NCBI GenBank assembly: GCA_965648915.1
Contig: CBFGIV010000003.1
Location: 39,323 to 103,322, forward strand
Direction: 5' to 3'
Length of the DNA: 64,000 nt
Source: a candidate division WOR-3 bacterium
GTDB lineage: Bacteria; Hydrothermota; Tepidihabitantia; SM23-42; CAYGYG01
A program made the position numbers and the translations under genes. Below are positions 28,623 to 38,394 of this stretch, in pieces (the first letter of the stretch is position 1; the number at the start of each line of letters is the position of its first letter). The notes below the pieces were generated by a model, which was not told the DNA's origin, did no database searches, and saw only the letters and a list, made by a program, of their open reading frames with translations.

Positions 28623-31046
28623 ATGAAGAGACTTGGCTGTCTCTTATCTATCCTCTTATTAACTGCCGTAATTACTTTTGCAGGTGAACTGATTCAGCAG
28701 ATGACCTTCTCACCCAGTGACCTTGCTATCACTCAGGAAAAGGGTTATACCAGACTCAATTATGGTCTTTATCCTAACTATGATGATGTGGTTGGTAATC
28801 CGGCGCTTCCTGAACTCCCGCTCTATGTTGTCATTCCACCCAGTGCAGTTGTTACCAGCTTCGAGGTCTTATCCGCCGATGTCCACACCCTTCAGGGTGA
28901 CTATCTTGTCATCCCGGCCCAGAATACCCGACCCTTCTCAGTAATGGAAGAGCCGCCTTTTGTTGAGCCGAATAAAGAGGTTTACAATTCGAAGGCAGTC
29001 TGGCCTGAGAATATTGTCCAGTACCACTCTACCGGAAACAAAGGTGGTTTCCAGATCGGTGCATTCCGGGTATATCCAGTAAGATATATACCGGCAGAAA
29101 GGAAACTCCTCTTCTGCACAAACCTGAAGGTCAAGATAACCTATCAGGAAGGTGTGGTTGAGCCATTACGGAGAACCGAGCGCCAGATCGAGGTCCACAG
29201 TGCTGGCCTGACCGGTCTGGTAGCAAATCCTCAGGATATCAAACGTTTCAGCCCACCGCTCAGAACCGGATTGATCTCTTCGCCCTTCTTACCCGCAGGG
29301 AACTATGAACATATCATCCTGACCCCGACTGCTTACAAGGATACTTTCAAGGTTTTTGCCGACTGGCGGACCAAAAATGGAATCCCTTCACGCGTCTTCT
29401 GTATTGAATCCACCGCAACCTATCCTGGTGCTGATGTTGCAGAAAAGATGAGAAACTTTTTGCGTGATGCTGATACGACCTGGGGTCTGATCTTTGCCTT
29501 CATCGCCCGGACTGATGCCCATCTTACGAGCGGCACAAACCGTCAATATCGGAACTGCTGGGCGTACTATTCTGGTTCCTATCAAGATACACTGCCCTGT
29601 GATATGTACTTCTCCGACCTCTGGCGCGGCACAAACCGGGTTACCTATACCTGGGATGGAAATCGTAATGGCCGGTATGGTGAAGCAAATGATACAATCG
29701 ACTACTACTCTGATATCTATGTCGGTATGGTCACACTCGATGATATGGGTCAGGCAAGAAACTGGATGAGAAAAGTCCTCCGCCATGAAGGTCCAACAAC
29801 TGACAGTACTTATTTTGCCAAAGTACTGTTGATGAATGGTGTCACCTTCTCGGATAGTTTCTTGAACCGCATTGCCGAGGCAACGCCTGCCAACTGGATC
29901 GACTGCAAGATGTATCTAAGTGGTGCTGGTGGTATTACGCCTACGACTCAACGAGTTATAGATTCGATAAATGCCGGTTACGGATACTTCTGTATCATCG
30001 CCCATGGAACCGTCACTTCTTTCTATGTCAACAACACAGAACAGTATACGGTTGCCAATGTGAGCCAGCAGAATAATCTGAATAAATTAAACACGGTTAT
30101 TGCAGTCAGCTGCCATCCTGGCGCCTTTGATCAGGGTGATGAGTGTCTGGCTGAGACCATGGCAGTCTATCCGGGTGGTGGCTATATCAACATTATGATG
30201 AACTCCCGTTATGGCTGGGTCGCAGTTGCTGAACTCTACAATACCTACTTCATGCACAATATCCTGCCCAAAGGGTCGCATCCGGATACGGTCCGTTATC
30301 CCTGCTTTGGCGATAAGTATGTCGGGCAGTCACTTGCCCGGGTAAAAGACCGTCTGGTCTATAAGTATCCTCGCCCCGGGATTGGCACCGATTCAAGCCG
30401 CTGGCGCTGGGAGTCCTACGAAAAGAACCTCTTTGGTGACCCGGCCGGTTTCTGCCACACAACCAGACCGATCCGCTCGATGCGGGTAACACATCCAGCC
30501 ACGATTCGCACCGGCTCACAGGTTGTCAGGGTGTCGGTCGATGTCAGTGCCTTTGCCCCGGTCGATTCGGTCCTGATCACACTCTGGAAAGGAACCGAAG
30601 TCTATGCCCGTGGCTACACCAACACCTCGGGCTATGTCGATCTCACGGTCAATCCAACAACTGCTGGCCAGATGTCGGTGACCGCTAACAAGCGTAATTA
30701 TCGTACCTATGAAGGAACCATTCAGGTAACAACCGGTGTTGCCGAAGAGGATAACCCAGTTCTTCCCACCCACTTCGCCCTCGGTCAGAGCAAACCGAAT
30801 CCATTTGGCAAGATTACAAGCATCAACTACCAGACGCCACATACGGTTAAGACCAGACTGACAATCTATGATGCAAGTGGACGGACTGTTCGGACCCTGA
30901 TCGACCGGAAAGATAATCCGGGCTGGTACACCGTCAACTGGGATGGCAGGGATGATCGTGGACTCGAATGTTCAGCCGGTATCTACTTCTACCGCCTCGA
31001 GGCAGGAAACTATACTGCTACCCGAAGCCTGGTCATTGTCCGGTAA
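28623..31046 (+). CDS. Gingipain-like C25 cysteine peptidase with propeptide and FlgD/T9SS-type C-terminal domain
   Basis: AGGAGG SD and signal peptide; GNPALP propeptide, D.YFSDL, AHG, SCHPGAFD and NLFGDP; C-terminal PNPF...WDGRD...GIYFYRL. Confidence 0.9.
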   Translation: MKRLGCLLSILLLTAVITFAGELIQQMTFSPSDLAITQEKGYTRLNYGLYPNYDDVVGNPALPELPLYVVIPPSAVVTSFEVLSADVHTLQGDYLVIPAQNTRPFSVMEEPPFVEPNKEVYNSKAVWPENIVQYHSTGNKGGFQIGAFRVYPVRYIPAERKLLFCTNLKVKITYQEGVVEPLRRTERQIEVHSAGLTGLVANPQDIKRFSPPLRTGLISSPFLPAGNYEHIILTPTAYKDTFKVFADWRTKNGIPSRVFCIESTATYPGADVAEKMRNFLRDADTTWGLIFAFIARTDAHLTSGTNRQYRNCWAYYSGSYQDTLPCDMYFSDLWRGTNRVTYTWDGNRNGRYGEANDTIDYYSDIYVGMVTLDDMGQARNWMRKVLRHEGPTTDSTYFAKVLLMNGVTFSDSFLNRIAEATPANWIDCKMYLSGAGGITPTTQRVIDSINAGYGYFCIIAHGTVTSFYVNNTEQYTVANVSQQNNLNKLNTVIAVSCHPGAFDQGDECLAETMAVYPGGGYINIMMNSRYGWVAVAELYNTYFMHNILPKGSHPDTVRYPCFGDKYVGQSLARVKDRLVYKYPRPGIGTDSSRWRWESYEKNLFGDPAGFCHTTRPIRSMRVTHPATIRTGSQVVRVSVDVSAFAPVDSVLITLWKGTEVYARGYTNTSGYVDLTVNPTTAGQMSVTANKRNYRTYEGTIQVTTGVAEEDNPVLPTHFALGQSKPNPFGKITSINYQTPHTVKTRLTIYDASGRTVRTLIDRKDNPGWYTVNWDGRDDRGLECSAGIYFYRLEAGNYTATRSLVIVR

Positions 31047-31063
31047 ACGGTAGAATGCATCTT

Positions 31064-31095
31064 GAAGGGCCGCCTCGGGCGGCCCTTCTTTTTTT
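31064..31095 (+). terminator. Intrinsic terminator
   Basis: GAAGGGCCGCC-TCG-GGCGGCCCTTC followed by T7. Confidence 0.88.
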
Positions 31096-31118
31096 CAAGT
31101 TAATACCGGGCATAATCC

Positions 31119-31146
31119 TTGACACTTACAAATCCCTGACTATAAT
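31119..31146 (+). promoter_or_regulatory. Promoter TTGACA-N16-TATAAT, 6 nt before ATG 31153
   Basis: Read directly. Confidence 0.75.
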
Positions 31147-31152
31147 CTTCTT

Positions 31153-31929
31153 ATGAGAGAACTGTCTCTTTCCCTGCTTTCTTTAAGTATAATATGGGCG
31201 CAGACCTCGCCCGATAACTTCTACAAAAGGCTTACCCCCGGACTCAGTGGGACACTGGCCTTAACCAATTTCTCAAAACCTTCAAATCTTGGTGGCCTGG
31301 GCCATCTTCAATTTCGTCTGGGCGGAACCGACCTTTTCTTTAAATATCCAACTTATGGTGAATGGGCATACATCCCTTCGATTACCACCACAGTTGAAAT
31401 GGGCATATTTAAGGGTAGAAGTCATAGCCAGATTGTCTCGGGAATTTTTGCATTGGACCTGGTCACCCGGTTGGGTCTTTATCCCAAACAGCCGCGAACC
31501 TCAACATCCCGATTTTTCTACGGAGCCGGGGTAAAGATTGGATTATTAAAGAATACGCTGATTACTCCGGCAGTATCGATCCGCTTAGAATATATCCAAA
31601 TTAATGACCTTTTCTTTGGGTATCAGGATCCCAATCTTGAGGCAACTTATGACAAACTGCGAATCTTTAATGGATCGCTTGGTATTGGTAAACAGATCTA
31701 CGGACTCTACCCCTATATATCAATTGGTGGTCTGTATAATATGATTGAAGGTAGATATATCCAGCGAGCCCTCCCTGCACCAGAATTTGTAACTTACGAA
31801 GAGAAGTTCGGCTCTTTTGCCGGGTTTATTGGCTGTGAATGGAAGATCCTATTTTTAAAGTTGAACTCCGAGATTCTCTTTTCCGGGACAAAACCCGGTA
31901 TCGCAATCGGTCTGGGCAATGGGTTATAA
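31153..31929 (+). CDS. Putative outer-membrane beta-barrel protein
   Basis: Signal peptide; alternating Gly/aromatic beta-strand pattern. Confidence 0.6.
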   Translation: MRELSLSLLSLSIIWAQTSPDNFYKRLTPGLSGTLALTNFSKPSNLGGLGHLQFRLGGTDLFFKYPTYGEWAYIPSITTTVEMGIFKGRSHSQIVSGIFALDLVTRLGLYPKQPRTSTSRFFYGAGVKIGLLKNTLITPAVSIRLEYIQINDLFFGYQDPNLEATYDKLRIFNGSLGIGKQIYGLYPYISIGGLYNMIEGRYIQRALPAPEFVTYEEKFGSFAGFIGCEWKILFLKLNSEILFSGTKPGIAIGLGNGL

Positions 31930-32929
31930 AATTTTACTGAGTATCACCATATCTATCCTGATCTCTTCAGCCTGGCTTTACGAACCCGGGGCAACCGGTA
32001 TGACCTTCTTAAAACTGGGAATTGGAGCAAGACCAGTGGCAATGGGCAATGCCTTCAATGCGGTCAGCGATGATGGCAATGCCATCTTCTGGAATCCAGC
32101 CGGTTTTGGTATATCGCGCGACTTCCATCTCACGGGTATGGGTATGAATATGTTAGGATTTGTAAATTATTTTTCCCTCGGTAGTCTTATACCAGTGGGC
32201 AGATTCGGCGGCATCGGTGTTGGTGCCTCCTACCTCTTTGCTCAGGATACCCGCTACAGTGAAATGGGTGAGGAGTTAGGAAGTTTCACTAATTCTGACC
32301 TGTTGATCGGTCTTGGTTACGCATATCCTTTTATCTCATCGCTCTCTGGCGGTGCATCAATGAAATTCATTCGCAGCCAACTTGCTGAGTATTCTGCTTA
32401 TTCTTTTACAACCAATGTCGGTATCATCTTCAGTCCAATTAAATATATCTATCTCGGTTCAAGCATCCGCGATCTTGGCCCACCCCGAAGATTTATCAGT
32501 GAATGGGAATATCCACCAACCAATCTCAGAAATGGCATAGCATTGAAGATACCTATTGAGGAGAGCCAGATTACCATCTCCTCAGATCTTTCGGTCTATC
32601 CCGATGTCTCACCAACCTTTTCGGCCGGGGGTGAGTTAGCATTAAGACTCAGCCAGATGATGAAGAAGATTTCCGGGCAACCGCTTTCCGGAATATTTAT
32701 TCGTTGCGGTTATCAGTCTGGTTACCACCTTGGAAACTGGGGCGGACTCTCTTTCGGCCTGGGAATTGAATATCAGGTATATACCAATCTCTTTCTAATC
32801 CTTGATCTGGTCTATTTTTCATATGGTTACCTTGGCGAATCAGAACGGGTCTCGCTCTCTTTACGGTACGCGCCCAGCATAGCGCGTCGGTCGAAGAGCG
32901 GTAAGCGCCCCGGGCGTTCCAGACGATAA
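31919..32929 (+). CDS. PorV/PorQ-like (UPF0164 / FadL-fold) outer-membrane protein
   Basis: FLKLGIGARPVAMGNAF.AVSDD..AIFWNPAG signature and C-terminal beta strands. Confidence 0.82.
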   Translation: MGYKILLSITISILISSAWLYEPGATGMTFLKLGIGARPVAMGNAFNAVSDDGNAIFWNPAGFGISRDFHLTGMGMNMLGFVNYFSLGSLIPVGRFGGIGVGASYLFAQDTRYSEMGEELGSFTNSDLLIGLGYAYPFISSLSGGASMKFIRSQLAEYSAYSFTTNVGIIFSPIKYIYLGSSIRDLGPPRRFISEWEYPPTNLRNGIALKIPIEESQITISSDLSVYPDVSPTFSAGGELALRLSQMMKKISGQPLSGIFIRCGYQSGYHLGNWGGLSFGLGIEYQVYTNLFLILDLVYFSYGYLGESERVSLSLRYAPSIARRSKSGKRPGRSRR

Positions 32930-33872
32930 AACCTTCTGCCCCGGCCAGGAGCGCACCAAAGATCTGAGTAAATATGTAGTCCGAACCGAACTGTGGGGCA
33001 ATATAATTGAAACCCTGAATATAAGGAACAACCTTCACTTCAGCATCAACCTGTTCGATGGCACGCAATGTGCTCTCATAATAGATGAGAAATGAACGCC
33101 AGATATCGTCGATCTCTTTCTTAAAATGTTGAGAAAAATGTGATGGATAAAGCATCGGATAGAGGTAGTCAATATATTTAGCCATCTTTTCAATATTCTG
33201 CCCTTCTTGCTTTAACTGAGTCCAGATGGAATAGCCAAAGACACAGACTCCAACCTCACCGCCTTCACGCTTTACGACCTTCTGAACCCTCTCCAGAAAA
33301 TTACTGATCGCTTCCTCTCTGCTACCCTTAATTTTTGAATATCGACAGGCCTTAAGATCTCCATCAGTTGGGAATCTCACATAGTCCAGTTGAATACTCT
33401 TTATCCCTTTCTTTAATAACTCTTCAATAATTGAAATATTATAATCCCAGACCTCTTCAAGATAAGGATTGACCCAGAAGTTCCTCCCATCATCTCTCCA
33501 TAGACAGCCAAGCCTGTGTCTTATCCCATAATTTTTATACCGGGCCAATTGATTGTCCTTAAATATGACCAGTCGGGCGATAAGTTTAACATTATGTTCT
33601 TCAGTCAATCTAATCAATGTATCAAGATTTATAAAATTACGAACCGCTTTTATCTTTCGGGCAATTTCGTTTTCTGATGGAAAGACAATGAGCCCCAGAT
33701 CACTTTTTAAATCAACCACAATGGTATTTATGTACCCACTATCGGCCCAGGTCAGGACATTTTTAAGATAAGCCCGATCCATTGCCCGGTTTGGATTTAA
33801 GTAAATGCCTCGGATCGGCGCCGGATCAGCGACCCAGAAAGTTGAGAGGACAATCAGAGCAGAGAGGTTCAT
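32697..33872 (-). CDS. Putative glycoside hydrolase (DUF4015 family)
   Basis: IRGIY, NT.VVDLK.D.G, IARLVIFKD, WVNPY..EVWDYN, IQLDYVRFP, PMLYPSH and W NA...Y. Confidence 0.8.
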   Translation of the reverse strand: MNLSALIVLSTFWVADPAPIRGIYLNPNRAMDRAYLKNVLTWADSGYINTIVVDLKSDLGLIVFPSENEIARKIKAVRNFINLDTLIRLTEEHNVKLIARLVIFKDNQLARYKNYGIRHRLGCLWRDDGRNFWVNPYLEEVWDYNISIIEELLKKGIKSIQLDYVRFPTDGDLKACRYSKIKGSREEAISNFLERVQKVVKREGGEVGVCVFGYSIWTQLKQEGQNIEKMAKYIDYLYPMLYPSHFSQHFKKEIDDIWRSFLIYYESTLRAIEQVDAEVKVVPYIQGFNYIAPQFGSDYIFTQIFGALLAGAEGFIVWNARGAYRSSTDALCWARTVKRARPVLIRQGNHMKNRPDQGLERDWYIPDIQFPGRKRVRPSFQGGNQTDNRNE

Positions 33873-34488
33873 TTTTAAGACAGTAAGTCTTGCCCAGACG
33901 AACGATCAAGGCGTGGAATTCATTAAAGACCTTGACTTCCGATTTTAAACTTTTGATAAAAAAATCCTGAATCTCATCATAGCTTGCATCTTCTTTTATA
34001 ATATTATGGCGTAAAAGAAATCTCCTGGTATAGGCATCAACCACAAAGACCGGCCGATTCAGAGCGTACAATAGAATCGAATCAGCAGTCTCAGGTCCAA
34101 TGCCATTTATTGCCAGCAATTCCCGGCGCAATCTTCCGGTCGGCAATCTCTCCATCCTTTTGATTTCACCCTGATAATTTTCATCGAGATAACTCATACA
34201 ATTTAACAGACGCCGCGCCTTGACATTATAATAGCCTGCGGGTCTGATAAGCCGGGCAATCTCTTTCCGTTTTTTTAAAATCATTTTAACATCTAACAGC
34301 TTCGCCTTTTTTAAATTCTTAATCGCCTTTTCGACATTAGGCCAGGCGGTATTCTGGGTAAGAATAGCACCAATTATCACCTCTAAGGGGCTATCTCCCG
34401 GCCACCAGTGCTGGGGACCAAAATGTTTTAAGAGGGTTTGATAGATATCAGAGACCTTGATATTCCTGGAGTTTAAAAATCGAGTCAC
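33826..34488 (-). CDS. HhH-GPD / endonuclease III-related DNA glycosylase
   Basis: GPQHWWP, GAILTQNTAW.NVEKA, GIGPETADSILLYA and FVVDAYT. Start codon uncertain. Confidence 0.88.
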   Translation of the reverse strand: MTRFLNSRNIKVSDIYQTLLKHFGPQHWWPGDSPLEVIIGAILTQNTAWPNVEKAIKNLKKAKLLDVKMILKKRKEIARLIRPAGYYNVKARRLLNCMSYLDENYQGEIKRMERLPTGRLRRELLAINGIGPETADSILLYALNRPVFVVDAYTRRFLLRHNIIKEDASYDEIQDFFIKSLKSEVKVFNEFHALIVRLGKTYCLKNEPLCSDCPLNFLGR

Positions 34489-35143
34489 CCGTAGAATAGA
34501 AGGTAATCAGCCCGACATCGGGCGCATAGTATTCAAAATATCTGGTACTATCAAAATATGTATAGAAACTCGAATTTATCCGGCAAACATTCAAAACTTC
34601 GACCTTATAGACATCATCAAAAATACCGGCGGGCACTTCAATCCTTCCTGACCTTTTGTCGCCGTCCATCGGTTCGGCCAATCCGATCACCCTACCGTTG
34701 ATCCGGTGGTCAATCCTGACCTTAACCCCACCAATATCTATTGAGTCATAAAAGAGGTCCTCCCAGGTGTTACCCGTAATCAGCGGTAATTCAATCCATT
34801 TTCGATAACGGGCCTCGATCTCATATTCAAATCCTCCATAAGGCACTTTTATATCAAAAAAACGGTATATGCCTTCTGGTTGTTTAGATCGATATTCAGC
34901 TATGCCATTGATAACAAATACCACCGCATCATAATCAAACCAGGTCGTCTCCGCTTCAACCTGAATATATATATCCCGACTTTGAGATTTATAGAGCCAG
35001 CCCGCACCGACTTTAACTGGATAATAGTCTGCACCGGACCTGCAGATAATGTGGTCATCACAACAGAAGAAGAGTAAAAAGATCAAAGTCAGAAGAATCC
35101 GGTGTCTATTTTTTAAGAAATAAATACTACAGGACATAACCAA
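34448..35143 (-). CDS. Hypothetical lipoprotein
   Basis: LLFFCC lipobox-like sequence; YYP..VG..W.Y, VPAG.F and YAPDVG pattern. Start uncertain. Confidence 0.6.
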   Translation of the reverse strand: MVMSCSIYFLKNRHRILLTLIFLLFFCCDDHIICRSGADYYPVKVGAGWLYKSQSRDIYIQVEAETTWFDYDAVVFVINGIAEYRSKQPEGIYRFFDIKVPYGGFEYEIEARYRKWIELPLITGNTWEDLFYDSIDIGGVKVRIDHRINGRVIGLAEPMDGDKRSGRIEVPAGIFDDVYKVEVLNVCRINSSFYTYFDSTRYFEYYAPDVGLITFYSTGDSIFKLQEYQGL

Positions 35144-35594
35144 TCCTTAACGCAATAAAAGATATTATTGGAGCAGTGGTAAAATCCGACAATCCCCTGA
35201 AATTTATGCCTGGTGCTATTAAGACCTGTTCGAAATTTACTGGAAAACCGATATTAAAATCATAGACGAGACTGAACCCCTTTTCCTGACCAGTATTCAG
35301 TTCACGCCTGATCCTTCCGCCTCCAATTCGGGCCATAAACTGAATAAATTTTACCCTCCGGGAAAATCCGGCCAGGAATGAATAATCCTCAAGAAGATAT
35401 TCGCTATTTGTTGTATTAAAATTTTCAAGCCCGGCAGCAATCTCTAAGTTATATCCTCCCAATTTTCTGTTCAAAAATAGGTTTATTATCTGACTGGATG
35501 AAACCTGATTATATAGACCGGCCACCGGGATACCCGCACCAGTTTCAATCCCGATCGAAATTGAAAAGAGCGCAACAAGGAGATAAATTTGCAT
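35127..35594 (-). CDS. Small outer-membrane beta-barrel-like hypothetical protein
   Basis: Signal-like N-terminus and C-terminal LRIGY; TTGACA-N16-TAAGAT upstream. Confidence 0.55.
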   Translation of the reverse strand: MQIYLLVALFSISIGIETGAGIPVAGLYNQVSSSQIINLFLNRKLGGYNLEIAAGLENFNTTNSEYLLEDYSFLAGFSRRVKFIQFMARIGGGRIRRELNTGQEKGFSLVYDFNIGFPVNFEQVLIAPGINFRGLSDFTTAPIISFIALRIGYVL

Positions 35595-35693
35595 AAGAAG
35601 ACATCTTACTCATTTTTTATAGTTTGTCAATCAATATTCTAACCGGGGGACGAATCTATTGACACAAATCAGGTCCTGCATAGAATTGTTAGC

Positions 35694-36854
35694 GTGAAAA
35701 AACTGATCGCCATTTCTACTGAGATTGGAAGGGGGCATCCGAATTATTTAGACGGTGTGGTAGAAATTCTTACCAGAAAAATTGGCCTGCCGGTCAAGGT
35801 CTATAGTGTTTTTGAAATTGGCTCTGGTACATCAATCCGGTGCTGGCAGTTGATCAAAAAATTTTATGAACTGGGTAGTAGGGGAGGAATGCTCACCCGG
35901 ATATACAATCTAATTCGTTCCCGTCCGGTCCAAAAAGGAAAATTGCTTGAAATCTTAGGCCAGGACCTCACTCGAACCTTTGGAAAATTCCGCGGTATAT
36001 GCCTGGTCGAACATCCAATTGTTGCTGCCATCTTGCAGGAACTGAGCAGGGTCTATTATATTCATGGTGAAGTTGCCGCGCCAATTTCCAGCGCAATCCC
36101 CTGGCCAGCAAAAATATTCGTGCCGCTTGAATATACTAAAAATAGATTCCTCCAATTTGGCATTGAACCGAAACGGATTTCAGTTACCGGCCTGATGATT
36201 GAACCCGGACTTATCCGGAAAGCAAAAAAATCGATCTCAGAAAGGATTGAACGAATTAGATCGCAAACCGATTTAACAGTTGGTTTCTTTACCTCGGGCG
36301 CCTATCCCCCGGTCCACATCAAAATTATCATAGAAGCCATTAGATCTTTAAGTTCAGGTAATATCAAGAAGGTCCTCTTTACCGGATACAATCCCGCAAA
36401 ATTAAAGATGATTATCAGAAGATTGAAAGACCGGGGGTTAGAAGTCTTTTATCTCCTGCATAGAACCGGAAAGTTTCACCCCCATAAAATTAATATTGTC
36501 TATGCAATCGATCGGATCAATGATACGAAACGGACAATCGAATTATTGCCCCGGATCGATGTTGCAGTCTCAGCCCCTCATGAAAGGATAAACTGGTCCT
36601 TAGGTCTCGGACTGCCGATCTTTGCCCTGATGCCGGCGATCGGTCCGTTTGCAATGGAAAATTATCATTTTGCCCTGAAAGAGGATACTGTCTACCCGCT
36701 GGATATCAATAATGCTCACCGATTTGGAACGATTCTTGAGAATATGCGCCAGGATGGTTCTTTGGTCAGGATGGCCCAAAATGGTTTTGGTAAGTATGCA
36801 ATTGACGGCTGTCAAAAGGCAGGGGAAGAAATTCTTTCTGATCTCGAATCTTAA
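35694..36854 (+). CDS. Hypothetical protein, possibly a GT-B fold glycosyltransferase-like protein
   Basis: N-terminal IGRGH (like the GxGH of GT28/MGDG synthases) and GI...I.VTG; promoter TTGACA-N16-TAGAAT 7 nt upstream. Confidence 0.55.
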   Translation: MKKLIAISTEIGRGHPNYLDGVVEILTRKIGLPVKVYSVFEIGSGTSIRCWQLIKKFYELGSRGGMLTRIYNLIRSRPVQKGKLLEILGQDLTRTFGKFRGICLVEHPIVAAILQELSRVYYIHGEVAAPISSAIPWPAKIFVPLEYTKNRFLQFGIEPKRISVTGLMIEPGLIRKAKKSISERIERIRSQTDLTVGFFTSGAYPPVHIKIIIEAIRSLSSGNIKKVLFTGYNPAKLKMIIRRLKDRGLEVFYLLHRTGKFHPHKINIVYAIDRINDTKRTIELLPRIDVAVSAPHERINWSLGLGLPIFALMPAIGPFAMENYHFALKEDTVYPLDINNAHRFGTILENMRQDGSLVRMAQNGFGKYAIDGCQKAGEEILSDLES

Positions 36855-36869
36855 ATTTTTTAATCAGGT

Positions 36870-37805
36870 CTAATCTCTTAACCAGACTCTCAGTTGAGTC
36901 TGTGCCTTTACCCGCTGGTTCTGATAACGGGCAGGATTAAAACGATACTGACGAACTGAATTTAATATGGCACTGTCCTGTCGGAGATTACCTGATGACC
37001 TGATAAGATTTGCATCGATGACGTTGCCAAATGTATCAATCACAACATTGACTGTGACCTCGCGCCGGAGTTGTCTTAAATCTTGATCAGCAAGGATCTT
37101 TACTTCAACCGAATCGATCAACTGCGGAGCCACATCATAAGTTAAGAGTAATTCTTCGTCATAAGCGGTTTTTGCTTCTGATGAATATACAGGAGGGGTA
37201 GCAGCGCCGGTCCCGCGCGGAATAAATTCCTCAGCCGGTCTTTTCATTCTTTCAAGTTTATCGGCCAGATTTGGGGTTGCAGGTCGGACGGCCTTAGTCA
37301 CCCCGGTCCTGGGTGACACCTCTTTGCCCCTGGTTTCACTCTTTACAACCGGGCTGGCTTTTTCTTTAAGCGTTAACTCATTTTCGGCCGGAGGAGGCGA
37401 GGCCGGAGCCGGCCGGGTCTCTGCCTCTTCAATCTTCCGGGTTGTGATTATCCTGCCCTCTTCACTCCTAAATATTATATAAAGGCCGATGCTGGCGACA
37501 AAGAGTATCACCGCGGCCGAAACAACCTGGGGCCAGAACTGGAAAAAGGGTATTCTCTTTTTATGATTCAACTGTTCCTGGGCAATCTTCCTTCGAATTC
37601 TCAGAGTAAGTTCATCAAGGGATTCAGGCGCAGGTTCGAGAGGTTTAACCAATAGACTCAATTCCTGGATCTTAATCAATCTTTCGTATTCGCGACGACA
37701 TTCACCACATTCTCTAAGGTGTTTTTCGATCTTGATCCGATCTTCAGCAGCGAGTTCATTGTCGATATATCTATTGATCAATTCATTAATTTTTTTATTA
37801 TGCAT
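36870..37805 (-). CDS. Zinc-binding anti-sigma factor fused to a TonB C-terminal domain
   Basis: YIDNEL...HLRECGEC (HxxxCxxC), one TM, a Pro/Ala linker and VVID..GNV......SSG....D.A......YRFNPA. Confidence 0.8.
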   Translation of the reverse strand: MHNKKINELINRYIDNELAAEDRIKIEKHLRECGECRREYERLIKIQELSLLVKPLEPAPESLDELTLRIRRKIAQEQLNHKKRIPFFQFWPQVVSAAVILFVASIGLYIIFRSEEGRIITTRKIEEAETRPAPASPPPAENELTLKEKASPVVKSETRGKEVSPRTGVTKAVRPATPNLADKLERMKRPAEEFIPRGTGAATPPVYSSEAKTAYDEELLLTYDVAPQLIDSVEVKILADQDLRQLRREVTVNVVIDTFGNVIDANLIRSSGNLRQDSAILNSVRQYRFNPARYQNQRVKAQTQLRVWLRD

Positions 37806-38362
37806 TACTGAATTACTCCTTGAGCAATTAAAATCTCTTTTAATTTTTCCCGGGCCCGGCTCAATCTCGACATAACTGTGCCGATTGAGATATTTAAAGT
37901 CCGGGCAATCTCTTCATAACTGAACTCCTCATAAGTTCTCAGAATAAATACCGCCTTCTGCTCGGATGGTAACTGCTCCAGGGCGCTCTTTATCTTCTCT
38001 TTTAATATTGACTCATTTGCCTTATTTACCGGGTTGGTCGTCTTGTCCACCACCAGTCGGGGTGGGAGACTATCCAGCGACACCGATTTTGTTGTCTGTT
38101 TCTTTAGATGGTTAATACTTAAGTTCATTGCAATACGGTAGATCCAGGTCGAAAAATGGTATTTCTCATTAAAACTTCCTATACTGTGAAACGCCCGGAT
38201 AAATGTATCCTGAACCAGATCTTCAGTGTCAGAGACATTATGAACCATACGATAGATTGCAACATAGATACGCCTTTGATAGGATCTAACAAGTTCTTCA
38301 AAAGCCTTGAGATCACCATCTTTAACCTTCCTGACCAGTTCAATCTCTTCTTCGTATTTCAT
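37805..38362 (-). CDS. ECF RNA polymerase sigma factor
   Basis: GD..AFEELV, EDLVQDTF, FSTWIYRIAMN and SYEEIA...GTVMSRLSRAR. Confidence 0.93.
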   Translation of the reverse strand: MKYEEEIELVRKVKDGDLKAFEELVRSYQRRIYVAIYRMVHNVSDTEDLVQDTFIRAFHSIGSFNEKYHFSTWIYRIAMNLSINHLKKQTTKSVSLDSLPPRLVVDKTTNPVNKANESILKEKIKSALEQLPSEQKAVFILRTYEEFSYEEIARTLNISIGTVMSRLSRAREKLKEILIAQGVIQ

Positions 38363-38394
38363 TAATTATACATTTAAAAAGTGAAAAAATTCCG

